Below, one piece after another: positions 12,631 to 24,746 of a DNA stretch of 38,218 bases. A program made the translations under genes and the position numbers. This DNA comes from Paraglomus brasilianum (Eukaryota), in the NCBI GenBank assembly GCA_910592345.1, contig CAJVPI010000263.1, positions 1 to 38,218 of the forward strand. The letters are read 5' to 3'. Below the pieces are notes generated by a model that did no database searches, was not told the DNA's origin, and saw only the letters and a program-made list of their open reading frames with translations. Each line of letters starts with the position of its first letter. Position 1 is the stretch's first letter.

Positions 12631-14606
12631 TCATAAACCTAAACCTGCTTGCTTTCTGATTTTCTGAATTAACGCTCGTCTCGTGAATTGCTCCCTGGCA
12701 AGTGTACGGATGTTCTGTTTTAAGCCAAATGAAACATTAAAGTTTAAATAATTAAGCAAGGCGGGTAGTGAAAGAGTTGGAGAGCGTTAGTTACCTTCAT
12801 GTATGTATTAATGTCGATCTTTTCGGAATTTAAAGCGCGGCCAAGATAGTAGATTGCGTCTTCAATGGCGTTGTCTTCTGCAACAAGTTCAAACAACCTT
12901 TTAGAACATTACAAAGAACAGGTTAGAACTGGAACGAGAACCATTAACTACTCCCTCCGCCCAACAATAACACTTAACTGGTTATACACGACCGTAGTCC
13001 CACATAATATATCATCAACAGAAACTTCAGGTCTAGCGTTCGCCTGTTCTATAATTTTATCAACTCCCTCGCATTTCTGCTGTAAAAAATTTGTCTTTTC
13101 TTTAAGAGCATTCAACGCTTCAATTAACTGCTGTTTCTCATTCTCAACGCGTGCTTCGTTATCTTGCAGCATCCTACTCAATACCATGTCTTTATCAAAC
13201 TCTCGATTATTTTTATCATGGTATTCGTACCAATGCCGCCCAACTTTATCAAATACCATTACTTGAAGATTGACAAGTTCGGGGTTGTTGGGGGCTGGTG
13301 GTGGTCGAGGAGGAACAATTAAAGGAGGGGGAGCATCGACGAGAGTTATTTGGTTGGATTGAGTTGATGAGGGAGAGGATGAGGATGGTGGTGAGATTAC
13401 GCTTTGCGATGGAAGAGACTGAAAAGAAGTAGTAGGAGATTTGATGTCCGGTTTATTAGCTGGAAAGCGCGCCCGAGTTTTCAAGCTTGAGAGACATCAC
13501 CCAATTTATTCAAAATTAACTTACCGAACCATATCGAACATTAGACCCAGCTGGAGCTGGTAACGTCCCACTCTGACTTCGGGGTCTATTTGGATCCGTC
13601 ACTACTTGTCCAAGTTGATGGGGTCTATTCGAATCCGACCCCACTTGTCCAAGTTGATACGGTGGTGGAGGCAAAGGCGGCGGCGTCGGCGAATTCGGTC
13701 GATACGCCTGCAATACAGGAGACGGTATAGCACCGGTCGTTTGTGGAGGTCCAGGCTGTAGTGGCCGATCTGATGGATGCGGTGTCGGGTTAGGGCTTAC
13801 GTTTGGCAACGTGTATAGTGGTGGGTTGCTGCTAAATAAGGTTTGTAGTATTTTACAAAGTTCGATTATGTTTGAGGTCTAAGAATGAGCGCAAATTATA
13901 AGAGTAAGTAAAGCTATACAGATGTTGATGAATCCGATCATAATCTTATTTGGTAAAACAAACCTCGGCTCTCCAAAAATGCAGATATGGAAGGCTACAC
14001 TTTCCGCTATAATCTACGTGTGGGCCAGGCCTGACACGCATGTTCTTTGTGGGAACCACAAACACCATAGGTGGACTTGACGGATAATCCGAAGGAATCC
14101 AGAAAGCCACAGGGATGTTATAATTTATCGATCGATATGAAATAGGAATGGTGCCATGTATACACAACAAGATCTTCGATGAACCATCGTTATAGGCTTG
14201 AGGGAAAGGATCACACACACACTACGGTGAGATTTCTGTATTAATTCTAATTGAGAATAAGCAAAACAGCGAGGAATATATATCGAGTGACGTGGATTTA
14301 TCAAGAATGACCGAGAAAGGGGTAAACCATAATACTATAATAGAAACGACTATTTACTGTTGTTGTTATAGTTGAGAAGATGTTCAAACTTACTGTATGC
14401 ATCTGTCTTTAAGCTCAACGACGGCGAAAAAATGCTTAGAGTATCGTCGACATCTTTATATGTTCTATCGGGATTTTGATACTGAATAAAAGGTGTAGAA
14501 AGTTTTACTTATTCTTGTCCGCCGAGTCTAACATTAAGCGAATGCTTAGAGGCCAACAAACCTTTTTCGTAACCGAATGAAGCCATTGACTGCGCGTAAG
14601 ATCCAT
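12631..14606 (-). CDS. VPS23: ESCRT-I subunit Vps23/TSG101 (UEV domain, Pro-rich linker, coiled coil, steadiness box), multi-exon
   Basis: MDLTRSQWLHS..YQNPDRTYKDV; LLCIHGTIPISYRSINYNIPVAFWIPSDYPSSPPMVFVVPT; C-terminal VAEDNAIEDAIYYLGRAL and IRTLAREQF; canonical introns. Confidence 0.93.
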
Positions 14607-16133
14607 TATCAGATCTTCAAAGGGTCTTGGTTAAACTTGTACAGCAACCTCCCGCATAATTCGGAGCGTGATTGGCTGACGATCAAATTTTTGAAAATTT
14701 CCATAAAGAGTAATAAATTTAAAAAGCAAGTCAACAATCACGGGACGATTAATAGGCACACTGGTAATCAACATTGGTATTTAGCTTTTTCAAACGAGGC
14801 TTGGCAACCTCTACTCTTTCTAAATGGTTCGACGGGTCGATTATGAGTTTACGGCTTTACGATGCGGGGTAGTAATAGATCTTAGTATTAGGACGTTAAT
14901 CCTCAACTGCCAATTAACCTCGAATTCTCTACGTCTATTTCTACCCGGGAGGGATTCCGAACACTAGGATTCTGTAATAAGAAAAATTTATCTTCCACGA
15001 GAACTACCGCCTAATTATTTTTACCATTACCAGATTCTTATGTCTTTTCTCTCTTATTAATCATTATCCACACATTCTTCTATAATATTATTTATTTCAG
15101 AAATCCCTGTGTGAAATTGTCTTGCGTACGATTACATTGCAGCAATTATTCTATACTAAACGCGTAAATGAGCCATCATCAATTACTCCTACCGATAGAG
15201 AAATTAACATTTTATTTTCACGCTTTAAGATGTATTTTATAATATACAACATGCAGTAAATCTACTATCGTATTTTCTTGTACTACGAGAATGTTAAGCC
15301 ACTTGTCATCCAGCAACATTTGCTCTCGGTCATCTCTTTAGCGTGAAGTGACAGAGCAAACGAGTGGCAAGGAACTCGCTAACAGTTTGTCTATGTTTAA
15401 GTTGCACGCGAGAATAATATATGGAGAGATTACCGTGCTTGTGCACGGGATATCTTCAAGAGCGTTTGCGAATGAGAGCCGACCGCGAAAAAGAGCTTCG
15501 TCTGACGGTTTATCGCAAACGCATAATAACGGTGTTATCAAGTGTTGTTACTATTTTCTAAACAAGAAAATGTACCGAAACGGTTTTCAATTAGGACAGA
15601 TAGAAGGAAAGGGGATGTCATTTAAAATATATTTGAAATGCGAAAATATAGTTTGACCGGTTGCTTGGAAGAAATTTTCAATGCACTGAACGACCAGTAG
15701 CATACTTGCCAACTCATGGTGATTTCTTTGAATTTACTTAGTTTAATTGGATTATAAATACTGAATACTGCACGGTATAATATTAAAAGCCAAGGAGAAT
15801 TAGTAACGAGGAATAATACAGTTACAAAGACTTGTCTCTATTTGCAACTTAAAAAGTCAACAGAGAGTGCTGGTAACCAGTTTCGGGTCCTCGGGATCAT
15901 ATTAATATTTAATAGACTGACATCGTCATTCTACGGCTTTATTCGAGTTACTAAATGAAGTCATCCCCAGCCAGGCCGCGATGAATAATAACTATCTATG
16001 GTAGTCTGCTTACGTTTTGAGTTCACCATATTGATATATTCTATGCGTTCCTCGTGAATTCGTCTGCTCGCCATTTATCGACTCGGTCAAAGCGCCTCAA
16101 ACCAATTCTTACGATTCGTGCCTTCATTCTTGA

Positions 16134-16992
16134 TTACTCCATATTAGAATATTCAATCATAGTTTTAGGCTCCATAAAGGCTAACCAGTCCGATGTTGCA
16201 GTCGGTAGCAGTCCCATAGAAGAGCATTTATATAGTCCTAATCCCATTGTACATAGTTGTAAAAGTATGTACACCATCTTTGGCACCAGCAGTTGTCGTT
16301 TGTTCTTTGGCGATTCGTAGCGCTCGAATACTATGAGTGTGTGTGTGTGTGTGTGTGTCAGAAAAAAACAAATGATAAGCCAAGTGCGGGCGTCAAATGA
16401 AAAAAGTACATGGGCCTGACCTACCGCTGTCAACACCCATTAACGCCTTGATTGGGGTGAAGAACAACATTCCAGTAATCATGACACTGAAGATTGTGAC
16501 CCCATTACCACTCATCCATAGCATGAATGCGTTCATTGGAATGTTCTTTCCGGGCGAGAACGCCGCTTCCCATGCTTTCTGATAAAAAGAAAATATGTAA
16601 ATTTATAGAATTGGACTCCCCAATCGACTAATCTCAAGTTCAGGTCTTTACCTTGACTTTAAGTGTCTCTTGATCTGTTGTTTGTGGAGGATCTTTTTTG
16701 CCTTTCTATAAGAGGTCGTTCACAAGTAAAAGCTCAATAAATAAATATCTTGAGAGAAGGAATATGGCGTAGTTGTGAAATCAAGCTTACGGGGTTGCCC
16801 TTTGTATGCGTCTGCGAGGAATGTGGAAGCGCAAAACCAGGTGGATCTTGAATTGCTACTTGACTCCGGCCCCTATAATACCGACGAGTGAGCTTTTAAA
16901 GACTGGGTTTTCAGATTATAACAGCTTAGTTTAATCTCTTCCCACCTTGAAGGATCTAAACTGGCAAAATCGATACTCCACTTGTTTGTCAT
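16134..16992 (-). CDS. EMC4: ER membrane protein complex subunit 4 (TMEM85/DUF1077), multi-exon
   Basis: KWSIDF, DPPGF, KAWEAAFSPGKNIPMNAFMLWMSGN and YKCSSMGLLPTATSDWLAF are hallmark motifs. Confidence 0.93.
16337..16358. repeat. (GT)11 microsatellite in an EMC4 intron
   Basis: Read directly from the sequence. Confidence 0.95.
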
Positions 16993-17151
16993 TTTGCTTT
17001 GATCCAAAAGAAGTAGCAAACATCTTTGTGCTATAACGCCAAACTTTGTATCATGTGATATACATAGTAATAGTCTCGTACCCAAAAATTTACGGTAAAA
17101 TCGAGTGTAACATAAATATATCTGGTTGCGTTCTTTCACTTCGTGGGCCAG

Positions 17152-17966
17152 ATGACTAGCCTAAACCAAAGACATACACATTCTGATCACTCGGACGAAG
17201 ATTCAAGCAGCGTAAATATATATGACGAGCAAGGTCTACTGAGCAAAGAATCGATAGTAATAGACTCGTGTCTTGTTTGCAATATACCGATCTAATATAC
17301 TATATTAATATATGTGTTTAGAGCAAGAACAACTCATAGCATCCTTAAAAGCAGACAATGATCGAGTGAACAACTTCTTTAGGGTATGAGTTTTTACGTT
17401 TGGAAGCATATAATTTACAAGCATTAGCATTGGAAAGTGTTAATAAATGCCTTTCTCCAAATAAGCAGAATGCATTGGCTTTATCTACTCTTGCATTTTC
17501 AATACTGTAACTATTTATTAAACTTGGCATTTTCTTGATATTCGAGTTCACATTCTGATATATTCTAACCTAATAACGTTCTCTATTTTGTTGAAGTTAT
17601 TTTTACTTCCTTTATTTGCTCTCAAAAAGTCCGCTAGATCTTGAAATTCCTCTTCCTCTTCCTAAACCAGTACCCTCCACAGCACCTTATCCAACAATGT
17701 CTACTATATGCTCTTTACTGTCTTTGCTAGTTTCTGCATACATTGTAAAATCCCCAAAAATTGAGATGACGCATGTGTATAGTGGATTGTTCGTGTCCTT
17801 TGTACCATTGTTGGTATCGCATGCTATACGCAAGGGGGAAGTGTTATGGTGGGGAATACCGTTAGGAATGTTTATGATTAATGTTGTTGCAGTGTACTGG
17901 ATTAAAGAGTCGGAAAGGAACTTGCGGGACTTTGAGAAATTGAAGTACAATTACAAAGGAGCGTAG
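17152..17966 (+). CDS. Conserved uncharacterised small multi-pass membrane protein, 4 exons
   Basis: Spliced product MTSLNQR..YDEQEQEQLIASLKADNDRVNNFFR, hydrophobic segments, and C-terminus LRDFEKLKYNYKGA. The DEQEQE and LKYxYKGA termini are recalled from a fungal hypothetical family. Confidence 0.75.
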
Positions 17967-18190
17967 GAATTGGATATGACTATGACGGCAATACCGAGTT
18001 GAATGAAGGATGTGAAAACAATGTAGCTGACATTACGGAGATGGGTGCGATAGTTATCAGCAGTCTATGAGAGCAGCATTAACGCTTAACTAATAGATAA
18101 TTTTGATTTAATTCATTGTTCAGAGTTAAAATAAGTTATACAACGTTCAACAATGAAGAGAAAAACGAAGAAAGCATGTTATTTAGGACG

Positions 18191-19560
18191 TTAATATCTT
18201 GTCCTCTCCGCCCAATAGGCTTCACCATAATTAACAAAGATCTGCTCGTCCATCTAGTAAATAGAACATACCTGGTCAAAAGCAATGTGAAGATAATAGC
18301 AACAATAATAGATAATGAAACATTAGTTTTTACCTTGATTTCATTATTAACAACATAGACCACGAGCCACATGTTATTATAAATTATATAAGTCGCATCT
18401 CCATTATAATCAACTGATGAAATGAACATGACATGACTCGAGTTAGATGCACATTGACAGATCTCGCAAATGATGAAAAAGACTTGTCGCTTACCGTCTT
18501 TATGATTTGCAAAGCGCAAGTAGTTTCCTTTGTATTTGGCATCAATAACTAATCTTGCGGGCTTTTCATTTTCGTCTTCCAACTGAACAAGATAGTTGTA
18601 TTCCCAAGCTAGTGAATCGCTACAACAGGTCAGGCAATTGACAGCACATATGAATCAACACGTAATGACTGTAAGATGGTTACCATAATCATAATCCTGC
18701 CTGTTGTCGCTCACATATTCGCCTGCAGATTCACATTAATAGATAACTTAACCGGATCAAAGTAGCTACCACATTCTGCCAATTCGTATTTCTCGTCTTT
18801 TCATTCAAACTCACCAGCGTATACGCCAAGCACTTCTCCGCTCCTAAGGTTACGTCCCGCAAACAAACCGAATCTCAAGTTATCATCCACCCAGCGTACA
18901 TACATACTTCTATCATCGATATAAGTGCCATTCTTATCAGCCAATTCAATTTCTTTAACCTTTGGGGTATACTTATCAGTAGCATTGAGTACGGTTTTGA
19001 GTACATTAGGCTGGATGTGTTTAGCCTGAAAAATACTTTTTTGAAGATTGTTTCTTTCAATAAGTGAAAGCGCTCCTTCGTCAAACTCCTATTTAAAGTA
19101 TGTGCTCAGTATTTGAAGAGATGGCCCCCAAAGTCCATGGAGCATAAACGCAATACTATAACCATAGTTTGCCATGCAAAAAAAAAAGTGATTGTATGAA
19201 GTCCAAGCTCACCGGCCAATTAATCGGTTCAACCCAAAACTCGTTCCAAAAATCATCCATATAAATACGTCTGAAAACAAATGCTCCATTGCTAAGCGAA
19301 GCATAACTATCAGTTGGTTTGGCGCGTGGTAATTCAATCCATGTGATTTCGTCCTTCCCTTCAGTTAACGACGGTTCACATAGCTGAACTTTTTCACGAT
19401 ATTCCCCAGTATAATATACAGAATATACAGCAAGTATTATTGTTAACAACGATAATAAAGTTATTGGTCGAATCGTGATTTCATATTCTTGGAAAAGCCA
19501 ATGGGTAGTAGCTTTGCCATTGGAAGATGCTGTTGCGTTCGATTGTTTACTTTTGGCCAT
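18191..19560 (-). CDS. SET-domain methyltransferase with N-terminal transmembrane helix, 305 aa; exons 19560-19213, 19088-18815, 18722-18684, 18608-18495, 18413-18334, 18253-18191
   Basis: Six exons keep frame (918 nt). SET motifs RFGLFA, GEVLGVYAGE, IDAKYKGNYLRFANH and EQIFVNYGEAYW; hydrophobic ITLLSLLTIILAVYSVYY near the N-terminus. Confidence 0.85.
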
Positions 19561-20550
19561 TTTTGTAAGAAGATTCGATTATTGGGCGAAAAGTTAAAGA
19601 AAATTTTCAGGGTCGATCTACATGACACAATCGAGCCATACAAGGCTCCAATAATGGATAATATCGTTGTAGAGAGGAATATGTATTTTGCTTTGGAGGC
19701 CTCGTGAAAGTGGTAGTGCAGCTAATAAAGAACGCAAATCTTGTAAATTCGTCCTGGGCTTGGTTCTTTTCAACTATGAAAACAAACCGGGCGTTTATGA
19801 CGCTAAATGTTGAAATGATTACTAATGCAGTTGCGCCTTCTGAGAAATGTCCATAATTCTTAGGCGTATAGTCTTGATGAACTGAATTAAAACGAATTAC
19901 ATTGGTGATAAGTACAGTGGCAACATCTCACAAAGCATCAGAAGCTGATAGCAACTCCCTTGTCCGTTATCGTTCACGTTAATATTAACTAAGTCAAACT
20001 ACTAGTGAATGGAAAGCTCGTGCATCTGCTGCTCATTTAAATTCGTCCTACAGATTAATGGATAGCACTTAGAGCATTAGCATCCTTTCTTGGCCATGCC
20101 CATATTCAAAATTTTTACCAACTATGGATCAAATAACTCAAATATAGCAAAAAACTGATCACTAATAAAAACTTAAATAATTTCTCTACCAATTTAGCAA
20201 TACAAATAAACACAAGTGACGGGTCATGAAGTTTTCCTTGATAGAAAGCCCCGTGTCTAAGTGTAATACTCAAAAATTCTTGGTAACAAGGCATGGGTGT
20301 AAACTGTACACTACACATCTGTCAGTTACATTCATTACGAGAGTCAATGTGCAGCAAGAAAAACAATCACTGCCTTTAGAATGTAGCAAGCGAAACATAG
20401 AAATGTATATTTTAATAATAAAGGCAAAGAAGGAAGACGATACACAACTGAGCAAGGAAATTTAGCACAATTGCTTCCATACATCACAGCATCCTTAAGC
20501 TTCTCTTTTAATTCCAGACATCAACTTGTCGCTGTCGTGTATTCTTAAAA

Positions 20551-20588
20551 TACTAATACAGTACTAATACTAATACTAATACTAATAA
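20551..20588. repeat. (TACTAA)n hexamer microsatellite
   Basis: TACTAATACAGTACTAATACTAATACTAATACTAATAA read directly. Confidence 0.85.
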
Positions 20589-21174
20589 TCATAACCGATA
20601 GCCTTTCACGTGACATTATTACATACGTGTGATTACTGGACTGTGTTAACATCCAAGTATCCATTAGACTTTTGAAAGTTCGTGGAACGCTAACCCGAAT
20701 GATCGTGGTAACGAATGGCTATTCTAGCATTGAGTAGTTTATCTTGCACATATTGTTTTACTTTATATGTGCACGATTAATGCCTGAGCTTAGTCCTTAC
20801 TTGCGTAGTTGAAGATGCCGCCACGTTACACCATATTAAATAGTCTCGAACGGTATTAACAAATGCTTTCCCATATTCCTTCAATCACTAAATCATGTAC
20901 ATCATAACAAATTCCAACTAGAGTTTACCAAACGTTTCAATGGTATCTATATAAATACCAAGTCTACTTGTAATAAATACAAAAATTAACGTCCATCATA
21001 ACCATTTATGTTTCATAATAATCCTCTACAGTTATAGTTATACCCAATCAGATGGCTAAAGAGCACTCTGTTTTTATACAATACAATGGAGATATACAAT
21101 CGAGTCGTCGTTTTAATTATTCCTTGCCGACACGCAGAGACCCAACATCATTTTCTCTTTTACTCGATGATGCC

Positions 21175-24100
21175 TTAGACCGCCGCAACAATCTATAACC
21201 AGAAATATTGACAAAACAATATACACGAGGTTTAGTTTGGACTGTACAAATATTTACATTCATATAGTAATATCACGACGAACCATACCTCATCAGCCTT
21301 CTGCAAAGCTTCAATCATCTTCTTGCATTCCTTTCGCCTTTGTTGAGTGTATTCGCTTTCTTTGAGCAACTCATCAAGCACATCAGCTTTGTAAAGTTCT
21401 TGAAGGAGTTCACGTTGGAGTTCTTCCTTGGCATTAAAAACAAGGTTTAGCATAATCGCCTTGGGAACCATGTCAATAATCGTTCGCTTTGTAATATTAA
21501 AGTACGACTGAATAAGGAGTTCTGTCCGAAGGTAGATTGGCAACATTAGTTAGTTATGAACAGTAAATAAACAATAGACAATACGTGAAACTCACTTATA
21601 ACTTCCGTTTCCATAGTTTCACGTTCAGATAGATTGCCAGATGCCTTTAACACTGCTGGGGGCTATGAAGTAAGATCCATAGTTATTTTCTGATAACACA
21701 GCGTTCCCCCATAAAATAAGCTATACAAAACACTTTACCGCTTCCATAGCTCCAGACTTCTTCTTTTTCGATGAATTGAAGAAAGTGCCAAAGAATCCAG
21801 CATTTTGTGTGTCCGTATCGAACAACGGATTCGTCGTCAATGCATTGATGTTACCACGACCTTTCTCAGTGCCCTGTGAATTCTTTGTTGACATCTTTTC
21901 ATTAATAATAGCCATTGCACGATGCCCATTCAAGAAGTCTGGATGAGCTGTGTTGATGTAACACGTTTCCATTCTATAAAAGTAATAATACCAACGGTTA
22001 TGAGACATTCAAGTATGATTCGCTGAAGTCGAGTTTCATTATACTCACGCTACGAGGTCTTGTACAAGCTTGTTTGTAGGATTCATGGCTTTCTTAAAGA
22101 AAGAAATGACAACTTGGTTGAATTTATCCTTTAGACCAGGGAATCGCTTGAACAACTAGAAAATCAACATTTGATTCAAATTTAGACAATGACTCTCTTA
22201 TAGCAATTTCTTTTTTTATGCGAAGCATAATACCTGTTTCGTCAACAAATGATTCAAAATGCGAGTTAACTCTTCGTAAACCAACGACACACACTTCAAG
22301 CTGGGTTCTTCTAACCGTTTGATTTGTTGCTTAATGATAACCTCAAAAGCAGTCGTTCCAACAAACAATGCAGGTGAAGATCCCGATGAGTTGTACAAAA
22401 TAGTCCGGATGTCAACATCTTTGACCTGGTCAAATGGATCTATCGATTTGATGCCGTTCGAAAAGACTTCGTGGAATACAAAGCTGATACGAGCACCACC
22501 CGACAATTCAAATGATGAAAGTTCTTGCGAATTTCCGTCGATTATGGTGCGGAATTCACTACAGAATTCCGTAATTATATTGAGAACAAGGCTGGCATTC
22601 TTGCCATTCTCGTCTAGTGGATCACCAAGTTGAGCGAGTTCCGTTAGATATTTTCCAAGGGCTGCTTGGATCTTGGCCTTGATCTCAGGAAGTGTGTTAC
22701 GAATGTGGTGCATAAGAATCTTAAGTGAAGAAGTAAATTGAATCGAGATAAGCAAGGATTAAGAACAAGACACCAATTAGTGGAACAGATCAGCGGTTAA
22801 CAAAGAAGCGAATAATTTACCATATTTAGTTTTCTCGCCAAGAAAGGTGTACCACAATACTGTGCTTTGCTTTTATACGCTGGATGATTTTCGAAAAATG
22901 CACGCTCTGCCTCTAAAGCCATTGATATTGCTTTTCTACTTTCGATGTCCTTCTGGCCTCTATTAACCACAGGTACATAACCTAATGCATATAATTAATT
23001 AGTTCAAAATTTCGTATGGTATTGTACGACGAATATTCCAATTTACCAAGACGTAAAGGAATAACACGCCCTGCCAATATGTCTACGACATCTGTTCCTT
23101 GGTCCCTGGATAAAATGCAATATTAGCGTGTGTTAAGATTTTCACCAAACTCAAACGAATAACATACTTACATAAGGTCAATCTTGGTCAAAACACCAAT
23201 TGTACGTGATCCTGTTGGAAAGTTATAGAGTCTCAGTTTATAGACGCAGATTAGACTAATTTGTCAGTTTACGAAACTAAACCTTCTGGATCAACTTCTC
23301 GCGCCACTTTTAATCCATCTGAATTCGCCAAATCCGTATTGGCCGCTGTGACAGCAAGAATAATAGCGTTGGGTTTGGTAATGTATTTAAGAATCATATC
23401 ACGAATTTGTTTCTCGATATCCTTCGGTTGATCCCCAACAGGCACCTATTAACAAGCCATAATTATAAGTCTTCATCAAATATGCCAGTTTCAGGTTTCA
23501 ACATATAGTTTATGTAGTTACCTTGGTGAGACCAGGCAAATCAACCAGCGTTAAAGTCAATACATTGGGAGAAAAGATTCGTAGATTTATTGGTTGTGGA
23601 GAGATACCTGAAAGACATATTGTAAGTAATGCATTAACCAAGGAGCACTAAAAAAAATGATTACTCACCCGCATTCTTTCCGGTCTTTGCTTCAGTGTCT
23701 TTGACGATCTCTTCTCTAATTTTATTAAAATCCGTGAATTTGACTCCGGGAATATGCAGAAACTCTCCCCATTCATCTGCTTCTTCAGCTGATTTCTTGC
23801 TGTTTTCTGAGCCTTTTGTCTGTGAAGGTCCTATAAGAAAGTAAAAACAGCTTGACGATAAGAGCAGTCAGTGTTAAAGCAATAATTTTGAGAGTCTTAC
23901 CACCCTCAGTGCTGTTAGTGCGCGGTCGATTAATAAGTTGTAAAACCTGACAATGTAAAAAAACGTTGAACAATGTAGTTTAGTCATAGATGATCGGGAA
24001 CACAATATATTGTCGATCTAAAACCTACACGTAGCGATCACAAAAAAGGCAATTTCCAAGAAATCTTAATCTAGATCACATCTGCGCCCTATGAATCCAA

Positions 24101-24456
24101 GAGTCTCATATTGTCCGGAAGAAAATATCGAACACTATGCCCAAGTTCAATAACAATAAAATCCAAGTCTTACCAAAGGTCGTCTTGTAACTATGCCAGT
24201 ACCTCGAGGCAAAAAATCTCTCCCAACGATATTTTCCAATACTGAACTTTTTCCACTTGACTGCGAACCAATAACTACAATCTGCGGCAAGTCAACAGGG
24301 TTCTGAACACCAACAGTTGCAAAGGCATCCTGAAGCCTATTAACTGTTACCAAGGGTCCAGTCAGAACGAAGAGTACGCATTTATCTCTTCAAACGCAAT
24401 GTAAGAATTCGACAACATAAAAGCAACATACCAGTTTTGATTAAAGTAGCATCCAT
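21175..24456 (-). CDS. VPS1: Dynamin-related GTPase Vps1, multi-exon
   Basis: [38 protein letters not shown] and TKID GTPase motifs; Vps1-type [34 protein letters not shown] and [33 protein letters not shown]. Confidence 0.95.
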
Positions 24457-24746
24457 CGAGAATTTCGCGAGATAAAAGGTGTTTGACTTGCAAATACGGT
24501 GCCTTAAGATGGTACCTGCTTCTGTCAGTTTCTATCTATTAACAAGTCACGGCGCAGAAAAGATCTTGGGTGCAGGCTCGTTTAAATACTCAAAAATTTC
24601 TAACTAACTTGGGTAGACGATAGTCTATATTTCATTGGTTAAAAAGCTTTGCAGTGAAACTTAACAATTGTGACATATACGTCAAAAAAACGTGATACTG
24701 CAGAGGAGGACTGGGTTTTTCGATCAACTTCGTGTAGAGTTTGACA
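24457..24746. promoter_or_regulatory. Probable bidirectional promoter shared by VPS1 and NEO1 (290 bp)
   Basis: Divergent ATGs at 24456 (-) and 24747 (+). Confidence 0.6.

Noticed and set aside
21175..24456. DNM1 assignment
   Set aside because: The middle-domain and GED sequences match the Vps1 subfamily.
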